A DNA stretch of 64,000 bases from a virus. The notes under the pieces were generated by a model. It saw nothing but the letters and a program-made list of their open reading frames with translations. It was not told where the DNA came from and ran no database searches. The DNA lies in IMG/VR virus record IMGVR_UViG_3300046170_000478, positions 1 through 64,000 of that record; one strand, written 5' to 3'. This document shows, in pieces, positions 36,960 through 46,066 of this stretch; within the stretch, counting starts at the first letter, position 1; every line of letters starts with the position of its first letter. The position numbers were made by a program, and so were the translations under genes.

Positions 36960-37589
36960 ATGGCTAACGAAATTACACGTTTATTGCCGTTTCGTCAATA
37001 TGACGAGAATGATGTTATCAACTTCTATTCTCTTGATGCCGAAACGGGTGAGGCGGGTTCTGTTGTTAAGGTAAGCGCTGCTAACCTTTCCGACGATCCT
37101 GTCAGTTATGTTGAGCGAGGCGATGCCGACTCGTATCAATCCACTATGGGTAAGGGTCTTTCCCTTTACCCCGAAGTACCTTACAAGGTGACCAAAATGG
37201 TCACTACTGGAGGTAATGCTAAAGCTCTCGGAATTCTTTTGCGCGATGTTCGCTCTAAAGATGAAAACGGAGAGAACCTTCTATACTACCCACAGAAGAA
37301 AGAAGAACTTCAGTGTGTTGTATCTGGCGAAGCGGTTCCTATCGCTACAAAGGGTATTTTCACAATCAACGCAAATGGTCTCACAAATGGAGTCGCACCT
37401 ACTGTTAATCAGTTCGCTATACCTTCTTTGAATGGAACTATTTCTGGGATCACTAGTACTGCAGGTAACCACGGTCAACATCACACTCATTCAATCGGAA
37501 CCTTCATTGGAACTGGACTTCGTGAGTCACAAGGTGGAACGACTGATGCTTTCGCAGGTGCTTACGCAATTCTTAAACTTAACTGCTAA
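36960..37589 (+). CDS. Capsid decoration/cement protein
   Basis: Lies between scaffold and MCP; 'ALGILL...GEAVPIATKGIFTI'. Confidence 0.6.
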   Translation: MANEITRLLPFRQYDENDVINFYSLDAETGEAGSVVKVSAANLSDDPVSYVERGDADSYQSTMGKGLSLYPEVPYKVTKMVTTGGNAKALGILLRDVRSKDENGENLLYYPQKKEELQCVVSGEAVPIATKGIFTINANGLTNGVAPTVNQFAIPSLNGTISGITSTAGNHGQHHTHSIGTFIGTGLRESQGGTTDAFAGAYAILKLNC

Positions 37590-37600
37590 TATTTACGAAA

Positions 37601-38740
37601 ATGAAAATCACAATTAAAAGAACTGAAGATCAGTTAGCTCTTATTAGAGCAATGGGATCTAATAATCGTGAAGAGGCTTATGAGGCTCAGGCGGCAGTTG
37701 CAGAACTGCTCGGACCTGTTGTATCTGAAGTTATTAACAACGCTCCTACTATTGGAAATCTCTATACGACGATTTCTTATGGAGAAGATGATAATCCTTC
37801 TCTTCCTTTGGACCTTTTCCACGACATCACTGACGAGGACTACATTGAAGTGTATTCTCAGCAGGTCGCTGGTGGGCTTCCATACAGTCAAGTCTTCCCC
37901 GCTCACAATGAGTTGAAGTTTAGCACTTACACCTTGGACAGTGCTCTTGCGTTTGATCGCAAGTACGTCCGTAAGGCTCGCCTCGATGTTGTAAGCAAGA
38001 CTTTCACTCGGATGGCTCAAGAAGTTCTGCTCAAGCAAACGACTACCGCTTTCAACGTTCTCGCTACCGCTTTGGTAAAAGGAACTGGAACTGGAACAAC
38101 CGCTGGAGGAAGCATCATTGGTTCTTCTGCGGCTGACCGTTTTGTCCTTGCAGACTTTAATAACCTGATTACCAAGAGCAAGCGTATCAATAGCTCCTTC
38201 AGTGGAGGAACTCCTGTTGGTGGCGTTAAATCTGGTATTTCTGATCTCCTTGTTTCTCCAGAAATGGTCGAGGAGCTTCGGGCAATGGCTTATAACCCAA
38301 TCAACACCGCTGAAGCCCCTTACGGATCTGCAGTTAAGGACAGTCTTCCTGCTCCTGATGCTCTTCGTCAAGAACTCTTCAGTGCTGCTGGTCTTCCTTC
38401 TTTCTACGGAATTAATGTTATGGAGATCAACGAGATGGGCATCGGACAACGCTTCAATAAGCTCTTTGGTGCTGTTGTTGCTTCCGAAGGTGCTACTGTT
38501 ATCGGTGGTGGAGGATCTGGAACTTGGGTAACTGGTGATGATGAAATTCTCATCGGTATCGACCGTTCTAAGGATGCTCTTATCCGTCCTACCGTTGTTG
38601 GTGAGGGATCACCATCTGAATTCCAAGTCCTTGTTGACGATCAGTTCTCTGTTCGTCAGAACAAGATTGGATACTACGGTAAAGTTGAAGAGGGTCGTAT
38701 TTGCATCGACAATACAGCTCTTATCGGCTTGGTGGTATAA
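37601..38740 (+). CDS. Major capsid protein
   Basis: Position, size (379 aa), high-expression-like codon usage, followed by a strong terminator. Confidence 0.75.
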   Translation: MKITIKRTEDQLALIRAMGSNNREEAYEAQAAVAELLGPVVSEVINNAPTIGNLYTTISYGEDDNPSLPLDLFHDITDEDYIEVYSQQVAGGLPYSQVFPAHNELKFSTYTLDSALAFDRKYVRKARLDVVSKTFTRMAQEVLLKQTTTAFNVLATALVKGTGTGTTAGGSIIGSSAADRFVLADFNNLITKSKRINSSFSGGTPVGGVKSGISDLLVSPEMVEELRAMAYNPINTAEAPYGSAVKDSLPAPDALRQELFSAAGLPSFYGINVMEINEMGIGQRFNKLFGAVVASEGATVIGGGGSGTWVTGDDEILIGIDRSKDALIRPTVVGEGSPSEFQVLVDDQFSVRQNKIGYYGKVEEGRICIDNTALIGLVV

Positions 38741-38763
38741 TCAACCTGATGTTACTTATAAAG

Positions 38764-38797
38764 AGAGTCGCTCCATAAGGGGCGGCTCTTTTTTTTT
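38764..38797 (+). terminator. Rho-independent terminator
   Basis: AGAGTCGCTCC-ATAA-GGGGCGGCTCT followed by a long T run. Confidence 0.85.
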
Positions 38798-38829
38798 GAT
38801 TTTTATCTAAATTTTAACTATTATGTATT

Positions 38830-39252
38830 ATGAGTGAGAAAAAACCAGCAAAGAAAATGAAAGCTTCAAAGGGAATTGAAAAGAAACACTTAGAGGAGTT
38901 TGATGTCACTGATGGTAAGCACAGGAGTTCCAAGGAGGAACAGATTGAACATGTAAAAGAACTAGAGGATCTATTGGGTATGCCTCAAATGAATCCTTAT
39001 GGGACACTACATCGAGACGTTTTCAGGCAACGTCTAGATTCTTGCAATGCTTCTGAATTAACTGATTTAGCAGCTAGAGTTGGCATCCCGAGAGAGAGAA
39101 ACATGAACCTGCTGAGAAAATCTTTGATGAAATCTTTTGATTTTTATGTACAGAAACACAATGTAACAGTTCAGGGTTCATCTAAACCAATTTTAGATCC
39201 AAGTTCCCCAGACTACGAATCTACTGTAAGGTTATTTAAAGAAGGTTTTTAA
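38830..39252 (+). CDS. Hypothetical protein
   Basis: ORF after the MCP; TTGATT-17-TATTAT just upstream of the ATG. Confidence 0.7.
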   Translation: MSEKKPAKKMKASKGIEKKHLEEFDVTDGKHRSSKEEQIEHVKELEDLLGMPQMNPYGTLHRDVFRQRLDSCNASELTDLAARVGIPRERNMNLLRKSLMKSFDFYVQKHNVTVQGSSKPILDPSSPDYESTVRLFKEGF

Positions 39253-39255
39253 TTA

Positions 39256-39744
39256 ATGAATGATCTTGGAGTTTTAGCTACTGACATTGTCACATATGAT
39301 TTCCCTAATGATACGGGGTCATATAATGTTGGATTTGTTTCTGGGTGGCTGGAAACTAATATTGGAGAGTTTAATGGGCTTATACATGAAGAATTTTCAG
39401 TAGACTCTACTGGAGCGATCTTGATGGATAATACAGGTCTAGCTGAAGTAGAAAAGAATATTTTTTCTAAATTGTATGAGATCTGGTATTACCAAAAATC
39501 AGCAAGAGAATCTCTAAGATCATTTACTTATTCTGATTCTGTAGATTGGGTGACCATTAAAGAAGGTGACACGACAATCCAGAGACAGAATAAAAACTCT
39601 GTAGCCAAAACGTATAAGGATTTAGGAGAACAAGCTCAAGAAGCTCTTGATGGACTCCTTTTCCAGTATAACTATCAAAAATCTTCCCCTGTTCAAGTTG
39701 CAGGGACAGATGGAACTTTTAACTTGTCTGGTCAATTAGTTTAA
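39256..39744 (+). CDS. Putative head-tail adaptor
   Basis: Position; 'WVTIKEGDTTI' motif typical of adaptor proteins. Confidence 0.5.
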   Translation: MNDLGVLATDIVTYDFPNDTGSYNVGFVSGWLETNIGEFNGLIHEEFSVDSTGAILMDNTGLAEVEKNIFSKLYEIWYYQKSARESLRSFTYSDSVDWVTIKEGDTTIQRQNKNSVAKTYKDLGEQAQEALDGLLFQYNYQKSSPVQVAGTDGTFNLSGQLV

Positions 39745-39745
39745 T

Positions 39746-40192
39746 ATGCCCTCCTTACTCACAGACGCTGAAAAATCCGCTATTAATTCTGCTTTAAGTA
39801 GCATTCATGATACATTTGCTAGAAACATCTTTATCTACGTCAAGGAGGCTTCTGTGGTCCCAGCTGAGCTTAATTTTAACCCTTTGTATGGCAGAAATAA
39901 AAACGCAGCCAAAATCTCTTCTGAGATAACTCTGACCAAGTACACGTTCCCTGCTCGCATTTATTATAAAAACGAACAAAAAGAAGATATACTAGATGGG
40001 AACGGACAAATGAATCTTGTAGGATCAGAAGGCCAAATTAGAGTCAAAATAAAAGCTGACGCATACGAAAAACTTAAGATTTGTTCAAAGATAGAAGTTG
40101 ATGATCAACTCTTTGTAATTGATGGAGATGCAAAAATCATCGGACCATTTGATACCCAATTTTACTCGATCTTTTTGAAACGTGAAAACTAA
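39746..40192 (+). CDS. Putative head-closure protein
   Basis: Position, size and beta-rich sequence. Confidence 0.45.
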   Translation: MPSLLTDAEKSAINSALSSIHDTFARNIFIYVKEASVVPAELNFNPLYGRNKNAAKISSEITLTKYTFPARIYYKNEQKEDILDGNGQMNLVGSEGQIRVKIKADAYEKLKICSKIEVDDQLFVIDGDAKIIGPFDTQFYSIFLKREN

Positions 40193-40834
40193 TGGCAAAA
40201 AAGAATTTCATGAGGGTTTCAAAGCCCGTGGTGACTATAGACGCCAAAGAACTACTAAGAGAGCTTACCGCAGATAGCCCGAATAGTAAATCTATGGCGA
40301 TGGCTATTCGGCAGGTTATCGCTCCAAAAATAGAGGATAGGCAGAAAGACCTACAAAAAGAATTTAAAGTACACCCAATCACAGTTGAATTAGATGCTGG
40401 TCCGACTGCGTCTAATACTAGTGGAAGCTTGGGAGGATACGGTAACCTTTTTTCTTTTATAGGTTTCTCAGGAGGAGATAACCCAACGGAAATTATATCT
40501 GAGATTTTCAGACAAAAGATTAGGTTTACGGTACGGAGAAGAAATAACAAAGGGCAATACAATGTTACTTTTTTATATACCCTCTACAGATGACATATAT
40601 AATTTGACTCCGATCCCTTGGATGACAGGAAAGAGTTGGGCGAAAAGCGTTGAAGAGGGAGGTATAACAAACTTAGGGCAGTTTCTATACAGCTCTACTG
40701 GTTTTGGGCAATCTTCTTCTGGTACGGGTATACAGGTCAAAAATAGATCTTCTGGTGTAAAGTTTACTAGGACTCCGTATATCGGGCAGTTAATAGAGAA
40801 TTTTAAAAAGAATTTGTTAAGGTTAGATAGATGA
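40192..40834 (+). CDS. Putative neck/tail-completion protein, split by a frameshift at T6 (40569-40574)
   Basis: ORFs 40192..40593 and 40562..40834 join into one protein (...YNVTF-YIPSTDD...) if one T is removed. Confidence 0.55.
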
Positions 40835-41715
40835 AAGCACAATTTGATCAGAATATTTTATCCAGTTTTTACCTATGGTTTGAAAATCGCTTGTTGAGCG
40901 ATTCTGCTAAGGCTTATAAAATAGATTTAGATAATGCTTTTGTATCAGGATCTTTTTCTGATATACCGTCAACTCATATAGGATTTCAAGGCAAGTACCG
41001 ATCTCTTGTAGGCGAATATGGCGTTGATAATCCAAACTCAGGTTTTTTCTTAGGGAATGATTTCATTACAGGCGATTATGACGAAAATGGAGGTATTTTT
41101 ACAGATTACGAAAATGGTAGACTTATTTTCCCGCAAGCGTCTGGTGCAGAGATAGCAAGCAATGCTTTGACGGCAAATTCTACAGTAAAAGAAGTAAATA
41201 CCTATATCACAAATGATACTGATGCTCAAATCATCATTCATTCTGATTTTAAAGATAGCGCTACAGAGTTGCCTTATCAGTATGGTAAAACGGGAGAGTT
41301 TGATGAGACCACTTACTTTTTGCCAGCATGTTTCATATCTGTAGCTTCTTCAGATAACAAGGAGTTTTCTTTCGGCGGAGAGGAAGACACTACTACTAGA
41401 ATCAGAGTTATGGTATTATCCTTTGATAATTATACTCTAGATTCTGTTCTGTCTTTATTCAGAGACTCTGTCAGAAAAGACATGACTCATGTCCCATATG
41501 AAGATTTCCCATACGGTTTCTCTTTTTCAATTAAAGATTTCCCTTATAATTATAATAATTTAATCTCAGGACAATCAGACCCTGTGAAGTCTCATATCAA
41601 GGATGTTTCAGTCTCAAAAATTGTGTCAGAAAGAATTAGGGAGAATTTAAATAAGAACATTTCAATTGGATATATCGATTTTGAATTATGTACTTATCGT
41701 TTCCCCAGAGCTTAA
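40831..41715 (+). CDS. Putative tail terminator/completion protein
   Basis: Position before the tail tube; 'LPACFIS...FSFGG'. Confidence 0.5.
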   Translation: MKAQFDQNILSSFYLWFENRLLSDSAKAYKIDLDNAFVSGSFSDIPSTHIGFQGKYRSLVGEYGVDNPNSGFFLGNDFITGDYDENGGIFTDYENGRLIFPQASGAEIASNALTANSTVKEVNTYITNDTDAQIIIHSDFKDSATELPYQYGKTGEFDETTYFLPACFISVASSDNKEFSFGGEEDTTTRIRVMVLSFDNYTLDSVLSLFRDSVRKDMTHVPYEDFPYGFSFSIKDFPYNYNNLISGQSDPVKSHIKDVSVSKIVSERIRENLNKNISIGYIDFELCTYRFPRA

Positions 41716-41762
41716 ATTGGTGTAAGAAGGTGTAAACCTTTACATTTTTAACTTAAAATCTT

Positions 41763-43046
41763 ATGGCTTCTAGAACTAGAATAATTTCACAAAGCAAGGC
41801 TGTTTATGTATCCCCTACTGGTACACTCGGTGGGCTTACCACCCCTGAAAAGGCAGTTACTGGGGTTATGCCTCAACAATTACACCGTGTAGATACTTTA
41901 TCTTTTGATGTTGATATCGCTGGAGGGCGACAGGACATTAGAGAGTTTGGTCAATTGGCACGAATCGGAACAATCACTTTGGGTGATCTAAACCCATCTT
42001 TTTCTCTGGGTTATTACCTTGGAAATGGAGAAAACGAGGGTAATTTGGGATTCAATGGTCTTGGTAGAAGCGCTGTAGATGGTTCTTTGCAAGATCAATT
42101 TATTTCTGGGATTCTTGCTGAAGATCCCGCTAAAAGAGAAAAGAATCTTTTCATATTGACTGTTAAAGAGGGTGAGGATGCTTTTGCATCTACGAGTTCA
42201 TTTAACGATAACCCAACTGGGAGATTTACCACTGCTGAAAGAGCGGGCCATGATGTTGTTTCTCTCGGAAACTGCAACTTTGAAAGTTATACTGTTAACT
42301 TTGCTGTTGGAGAGATCCCTAGGGTAGATATTGATGGAACCGCAGAAAACATTACTTTTGATACTACCAGTTCTGGCCTTTATAACCCATCTTTGAACAA
42401 GGCGGGAGGACGAGCTGACACAGGACAATTCATGTTAGGAACTCCTAGTACAGGTAATATGGACGTTCTTGTTCTTCGTCCAGAAGACGTAAGTTTAGCC
42501 TTCTCAAAAGAAGAATTCTCATTTGGTGGAACAGATCTTGGAGATATGCATGTGCAAAGCGCCTCAATTGAAGTCCCTCTTTCTAGGACTCCCATTGAAG
42601 CTCTAGGATCAGCTAAAGCTGTTGCTAAACCTTTGGATTTCCCAATCAATGTAACTATGTCAGTTAGTGCGTTGCTAAAGAATATCCACTCAGGTCAAAT
42701 CGACAAAATCTTGACTGGAAATGCTGGAAACGAAACCACGAACATCACCCTTACTGTTAAGGGCGATGATGGAAAAACCAAGCATCAATACACTATGCAG
42801 AAGGCAGTGATGGATTCACAAGGATTCTCCCAAGGCTTAGATGATAACGAATCAATTGAATTGACATTCTCCACTCAGATTGGAGGAATAAATCAAACTG
42901 ATCAGGGATTGTTCTACTCTGGTGTTAATGCAAGTCAACCTGATGTATATAGTAGTACTGCTACTCAGAAATTTGGAGATGGATTCATGTATAAAAAGAA
43001 CAATGCGATATCACCATACTCCTTGGAAGACGGAGCTGGGTCTTAA
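41763..43046 (+). CDS. Major tail tube protein (putative)
   Basis: Position; 'RQDIREFGQ', 'SRTPIEALGS...DFPINVT'; followed by a terminator. Confidence 0.6.
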   Translation: MASRTRIISQSKAVYVSPTGTLGGLTTPEKAVTGVMPQQLHRVDTLSFDVDIAGGRQDIREFGQLARIGTITLGDLNPSFSLGYYLGNGENEGNLGFNGLGRSAVDGSLQDQFISGILAEDPAKREKNLFILTVKEGEDAFASTSSFNDNPTGRFTTAERAGHDVVSLGNCNFESYTVNFAVGEIPRVDIDGTAENITFDTTSSGLYNPSLNKAGGRADTGQFMLGTPSTGNMDVLVLRPEDVSLAFSKEEFSFGGTDLGDMHVQSASIEVPLSRTPIEALGSAKAVAKPLDFPINVTMSVSALLKNIHSGQIDKILTGNAGNETTNITLTVKGDDGKTKHQYTMQKAVMDSQGFSQGLDDNESIELTFSTQIGGINQTDQGLFYSGVNASQPDVYSSTATQKFGDGFMYKKNNAISPYSLEDGAGS

Positions 43047-43064
43047 TATAACTATTATATCTAG

Positions 43065-43095
43065 AAAAAGCCTCGCAGGAATGCGGGGCTTTTTT
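43065..43095 (+). terminator. Rho-independent terminator
   Basis: AAAAAGCCTCGCA-GGAA-TGCGGGGCTTTTT. Confidence 0.85.
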
Positions 43096-43109
43096 GTGTA
43101 AACTACTAT

Positions 43110-43955
43110 ATGCCAGATAGGATTCATGCTAGTGATGTTCAGCTTTTTGTAGATGATCAGCGGATTCCTTCTGTAACCTCTCTATCTATTTCATCTCCTA
43201 AGAGTGTTGTTGATATCCAAAGATTAGGAGCTTCCCACTCTGTAGACAGAATATTAACCTCTAACCAATCTACCACATTAACCTATGACGTTAATTTAAC
43301 AACTGGAGCTACTGGAATTGACCCTATTTACAGCTACCAAAATATGAAGTCAGGTTTTTTGTCTACTGGCTTTTTTGAATTTAAAGCAAAGGACTCTGTT
43401 GGTGTGACCACTATTTCTGGAGCATCTTTAACATCTTATTCTATTAATGGATCTGTGGGGGATATTGTTAAGGGATCTTCTTCTTACGAGGGAGATGGAG
43501 CTATTTTTACTGACGCTGGAGCTTTAACAAGTGAATCTAACGATATATTTGACGGTTTCTTTAGACCTGAAGATATCGAGATCTCCACATCTTCTAACGG
43601 CGACGAAGGAATAGATTCTACTAGTTTGAATATACAAGATTTTTCTATATCAGTTTCTCTTCAAAAGACTCCTGTAACTAGGTTGGGTACTAGAGTCCCT
43701 CAATACAGATATCCTCAGATGCCAGCTCAGGGAAATCTTAATTTCAATGTTTTAAAGACAGATGTTACTGGAATTAATATTTCCAGTCTAGTTTGCGAAA
43801 GCGGGGTGATTACTATCGACTTAAAAGGTAGAGACAATGAATCTATTTTAGATTTTACTACAAGTGGCTGTTGTTTAGAATCTGTTGAGGAATCGACTTC
43901 TCTAGACGATAATACTTCTGTAAGCTTCTCTTACTATTTCCCAATAATAAAATGA
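43110..43955 (+). CDS. Tail-tube-like paralogue
   Basis: Shares motifs with 41763..43046 (RPEDI, IQDFSISV..KTPVTRLG, SLDDN.SV). Confidence 0.55.
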   Translation: MPDRIHASDVQLFVDDQRIPSVTSLSISSPKSVVDIQRLGASHSVDRILTSNQSTTLTYDVNLTTGATGIDPIYSYQNMKSGFLSTGFFEFKAKDSVGVTTISGASLTSYSINGSVGDIVKGSSSYEGDGAIFTDAGALTSESNDIFDGFFRPEDIEISTSSNGDEGIDSTSLNIQDFSISVSLQKTPVTRLGTRVPQYRYPQMPAQGNLNFNVLKTDVTGINISSLVCESGVITIDLKGRDNESILDFTTSGCCLESVEESTSLDDNTSVSFSYYFPIIK

Positions 43956-44353
43956 TTACTAGCGGAAACCTACCAAATTATAAAAATTGTATCTACAATG
44001 TAGATGTAACGATTGATTCTCCCATCAGTGGTTTTGAGTTTTCCATTATGGAGACAGGGATAGACGGAGGTTTTAAAACAGCTAACTTAATGACGTTTTC
44101 TGGAGCGGAAGGTTATATATTTGACCAAAGTGGCAACTTTTTTGGAGGGTATAGAAGTGGCGTCCCCTTTGACCTTGAAATACATCATGATTTTTTAAAC
44201 TCCACATTTTCTTATTACAAAGATAATATTTTAATAGCTAATGGATTAGATGTGACGGGAGATAGTATTTTGAATGGAAGGCCAAATCTAGTTATGTTCA
44301 CTAAACATGGGGAATCGGTACTTTCTTTAGAGGCCACAGGTTGTATAAGTTGA
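43952..44353 (+). CDS. Hypothetical virion protein
   Basis: ATGA-coupled, beta-rich. Confidence 0.6.
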   Translation: MITSGNLPNYKNCIYNVDVTIDSPISGFEFSIMETGIDGGFKTANLMTFSGAEGYIFDQSGNFFGGYRSGVPFDLEIHHDFLNSTFSYYKDNILIANGLDVTGDSILNGRPNLVMFTKHGESVLSLEATGCIS

Positions 44354-44384
44354 TTTTTTTCTGTATATTTATATAATAATATAC

Positions 44385-45197
44385 ATGAAAGAGCTATACT
44401 CGTTTGATGTAAAGAGAACCATTGAGAAAGAGGTTCCTCATGTCAAAAAAACTAAAAATGGTCCAGTTGAAACTACTAAAAAAGTAAAAAACACCATTAA
44501 GAATAGAATTGTTTTTCGGAAGCCATCTATTCTAGACCTTGAAGACGCCGAGTTCTTCTACGGGCAGAAATACAACGAATATATTAACGCTGGATTTTTA
44601 ACTAAAGCTATGCTGTCTAAGAAACTTGGAGACATGGGTGGGCTTACTTCTAAAACGTCCCAAGAAGCCATGAACCAGATTATCATTGATAATATGGAAT
44701 CCTCAAGAACGATTGAATTTTTTGCTGGTGCAAAAGATTTGTCTGAAGAGCAAGAAGAGCAGTTAGAAGAAGCTAAAAAACTGTTTACGCACACTAAAGT
44801 TCAACTACATGAATACGAAACTTCTCTAAGGTCTCAATTCAGTCAAACTGCAGACTCAAAAGCTGAGATTAAGGTTATTGAGTGGCTGGTGTTGAATTTC
44901 TCTTATTTTGAAGATAGTGTAAGTGACAAGAAAGATTTGTTTGAGATTTTTGAAGGAGATGAATTTGAGCAAAAGCGCATGTTCTTGATTAGACTACAAG
45001 AAGCTGAAGACGAAGACATTGAAGACGCTACATTCTTAAGAGCCAAAAAGATTTACGACGAGTGTTTTGAGAAGCTTATTAGGGTTGCTAGCATTTGGTA
45101 TAATAAAATGGGCAATGATCAGAAATCAATTGATGAAGCTCTAAAAGACCTGTTTGAACCTGAAGCAGAAGCTTTAGATGAACAACAAGGAGAATAA
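44385..45197 (+). CDS. Putative tail assembly chaperone
   Basis: Acidic helical protein upstream of the TMP. Confidence 0.5.
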   Translation: MKELYSFDVKRTIEKEVPHVKKTKNGPVETTKKVKNTIKNRIVFRKPSILDLEDAEFFYGQKYNEYINAGFLTKAMLSKKLGDMGGLTSKTSQEAMNQIIIDNMESSRTIEFFAGAKDLSEEQEEQLEEAKKLFTHTKVQLHEYETSLRSQFSQTADSKAEIKVIEWLVLNFSYFEDSVSDKKDLFEIFEGDEFEQKRMFLIRLQEAEDEDIEDATFLRAKKIYDECFEKLIRVASIWYNKMGNDQKSIDEALKDLFEPEAEALDEQQGE

Positions 45198-46047
45198 ATA
45201 TTCTATTGACTTATTAGACATAGTTCGTGGATACAGTGTTTTAACAAGTTCTGATAGTCAATGCTATTTTAAGCACTTTACGGTGCTTGAACTTCTTGAA
45301 TTAGATAACCTTCAAGAAATTGATATTAGTCGATCTATAAAATCAGGCATTAAGACCGAGAAAGACCTAGTTGAGACTGCTATTAAAAGAAAGTCTTGGT
45401 CAGTGCAGAAAGAGGACAAAATAAAGTCCTTAGAGTGGACTATAAAAAAATCACTTACAGCTTTCGGCAAGATTGAAGATCCCAAACAAAAGGAAATATT
45501 CAAGAGGCAGATAGATAGCCAAGAAGACGAACTCAAAGAAATCAGGGTTAAAAGAGCCAATATAACTTCTTATAGTGCGGAGCACTTATCTGAAGTGAAA
45601 AGAGTTAAGAGGATGTTTAAACAGTCTATTTTTATGGATTTAGATTTTACAGAATCTCCAACCCAAGATCAAGAGCTTGTTTTTACTACAGCGATGTTCT
45701 CTAGGTATGGGGAACTCAATAATCGAGAATCAATATTAAAAGCATCTTATTTTGGTGGGTTTTTTGATTTATTCTCTGCTCAAGATGGAAATCCTTTAAC
45801 TCTCTTGGGCAAGACATTTGAGGATATAACAAATTTCCAAAAGTATCTAATTGTAGTCTCTAATGGGTTATTAAATAAGATTAAAAATACAAGAATACCC
45901 GAAGAAATTTATGGAGACCCAGTAAGAATGATGAATTACGAGGAGAAAGAAGAGAAGGATACAAAGGTTTCTCATGGTCTAGATGATCTAAGACGTAAAT
46001 CTCAAGTAAGAGGGGGAGAACTTAAAGCAGAGGACTTTTTAAGCTGA
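45178..46047 (+). CDS. Putative tail assembly chaperone 2
   Basis: Immediately upstream of the TMP. Confidence 0.45.
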   Translation: MNNKENKYSIDLLDIVRGYSVLTSSDSQCYFKHFTVLELLELDNLQEIDISRSIKSGIKTEKDLVETAIKRKSWSVQKEDKIKSLEWTIKKSLTAFGKIEDPKQKEIFKRQIDSQEDELKEIRVKRANITSYSAEHLSEVKRVKRMFKQSIFMDLDFTESPTQDQELVFTTAMFSRYGELNNRESILKASYFGGFFDLFSAQDGNPLTLLGKTFEDITNFQKYLIVVSNGLLNKIKNTRIPEEIYGDPVRMMNYEEKEEKDTKVSHGLDDLRRKSQVRGGELKAEDFLS

Positions 46048-46066
46048 TAGGTGTAAATTACACTAT

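Noticed and set aside
37634-38449. 271-aa antisense ORF over the major capsid gene, and the many other short antisense ORFs in the track
   Set aside because: Shadow ORFs from biased codon usage; no motifs or expression signals.
45178-45197. Lambda G/GT-type -1 frameshift between the tail chaperones
   Set aside because: The frames differ by +1, no slippery heptamer was found, and the second ORF has its own ATG.
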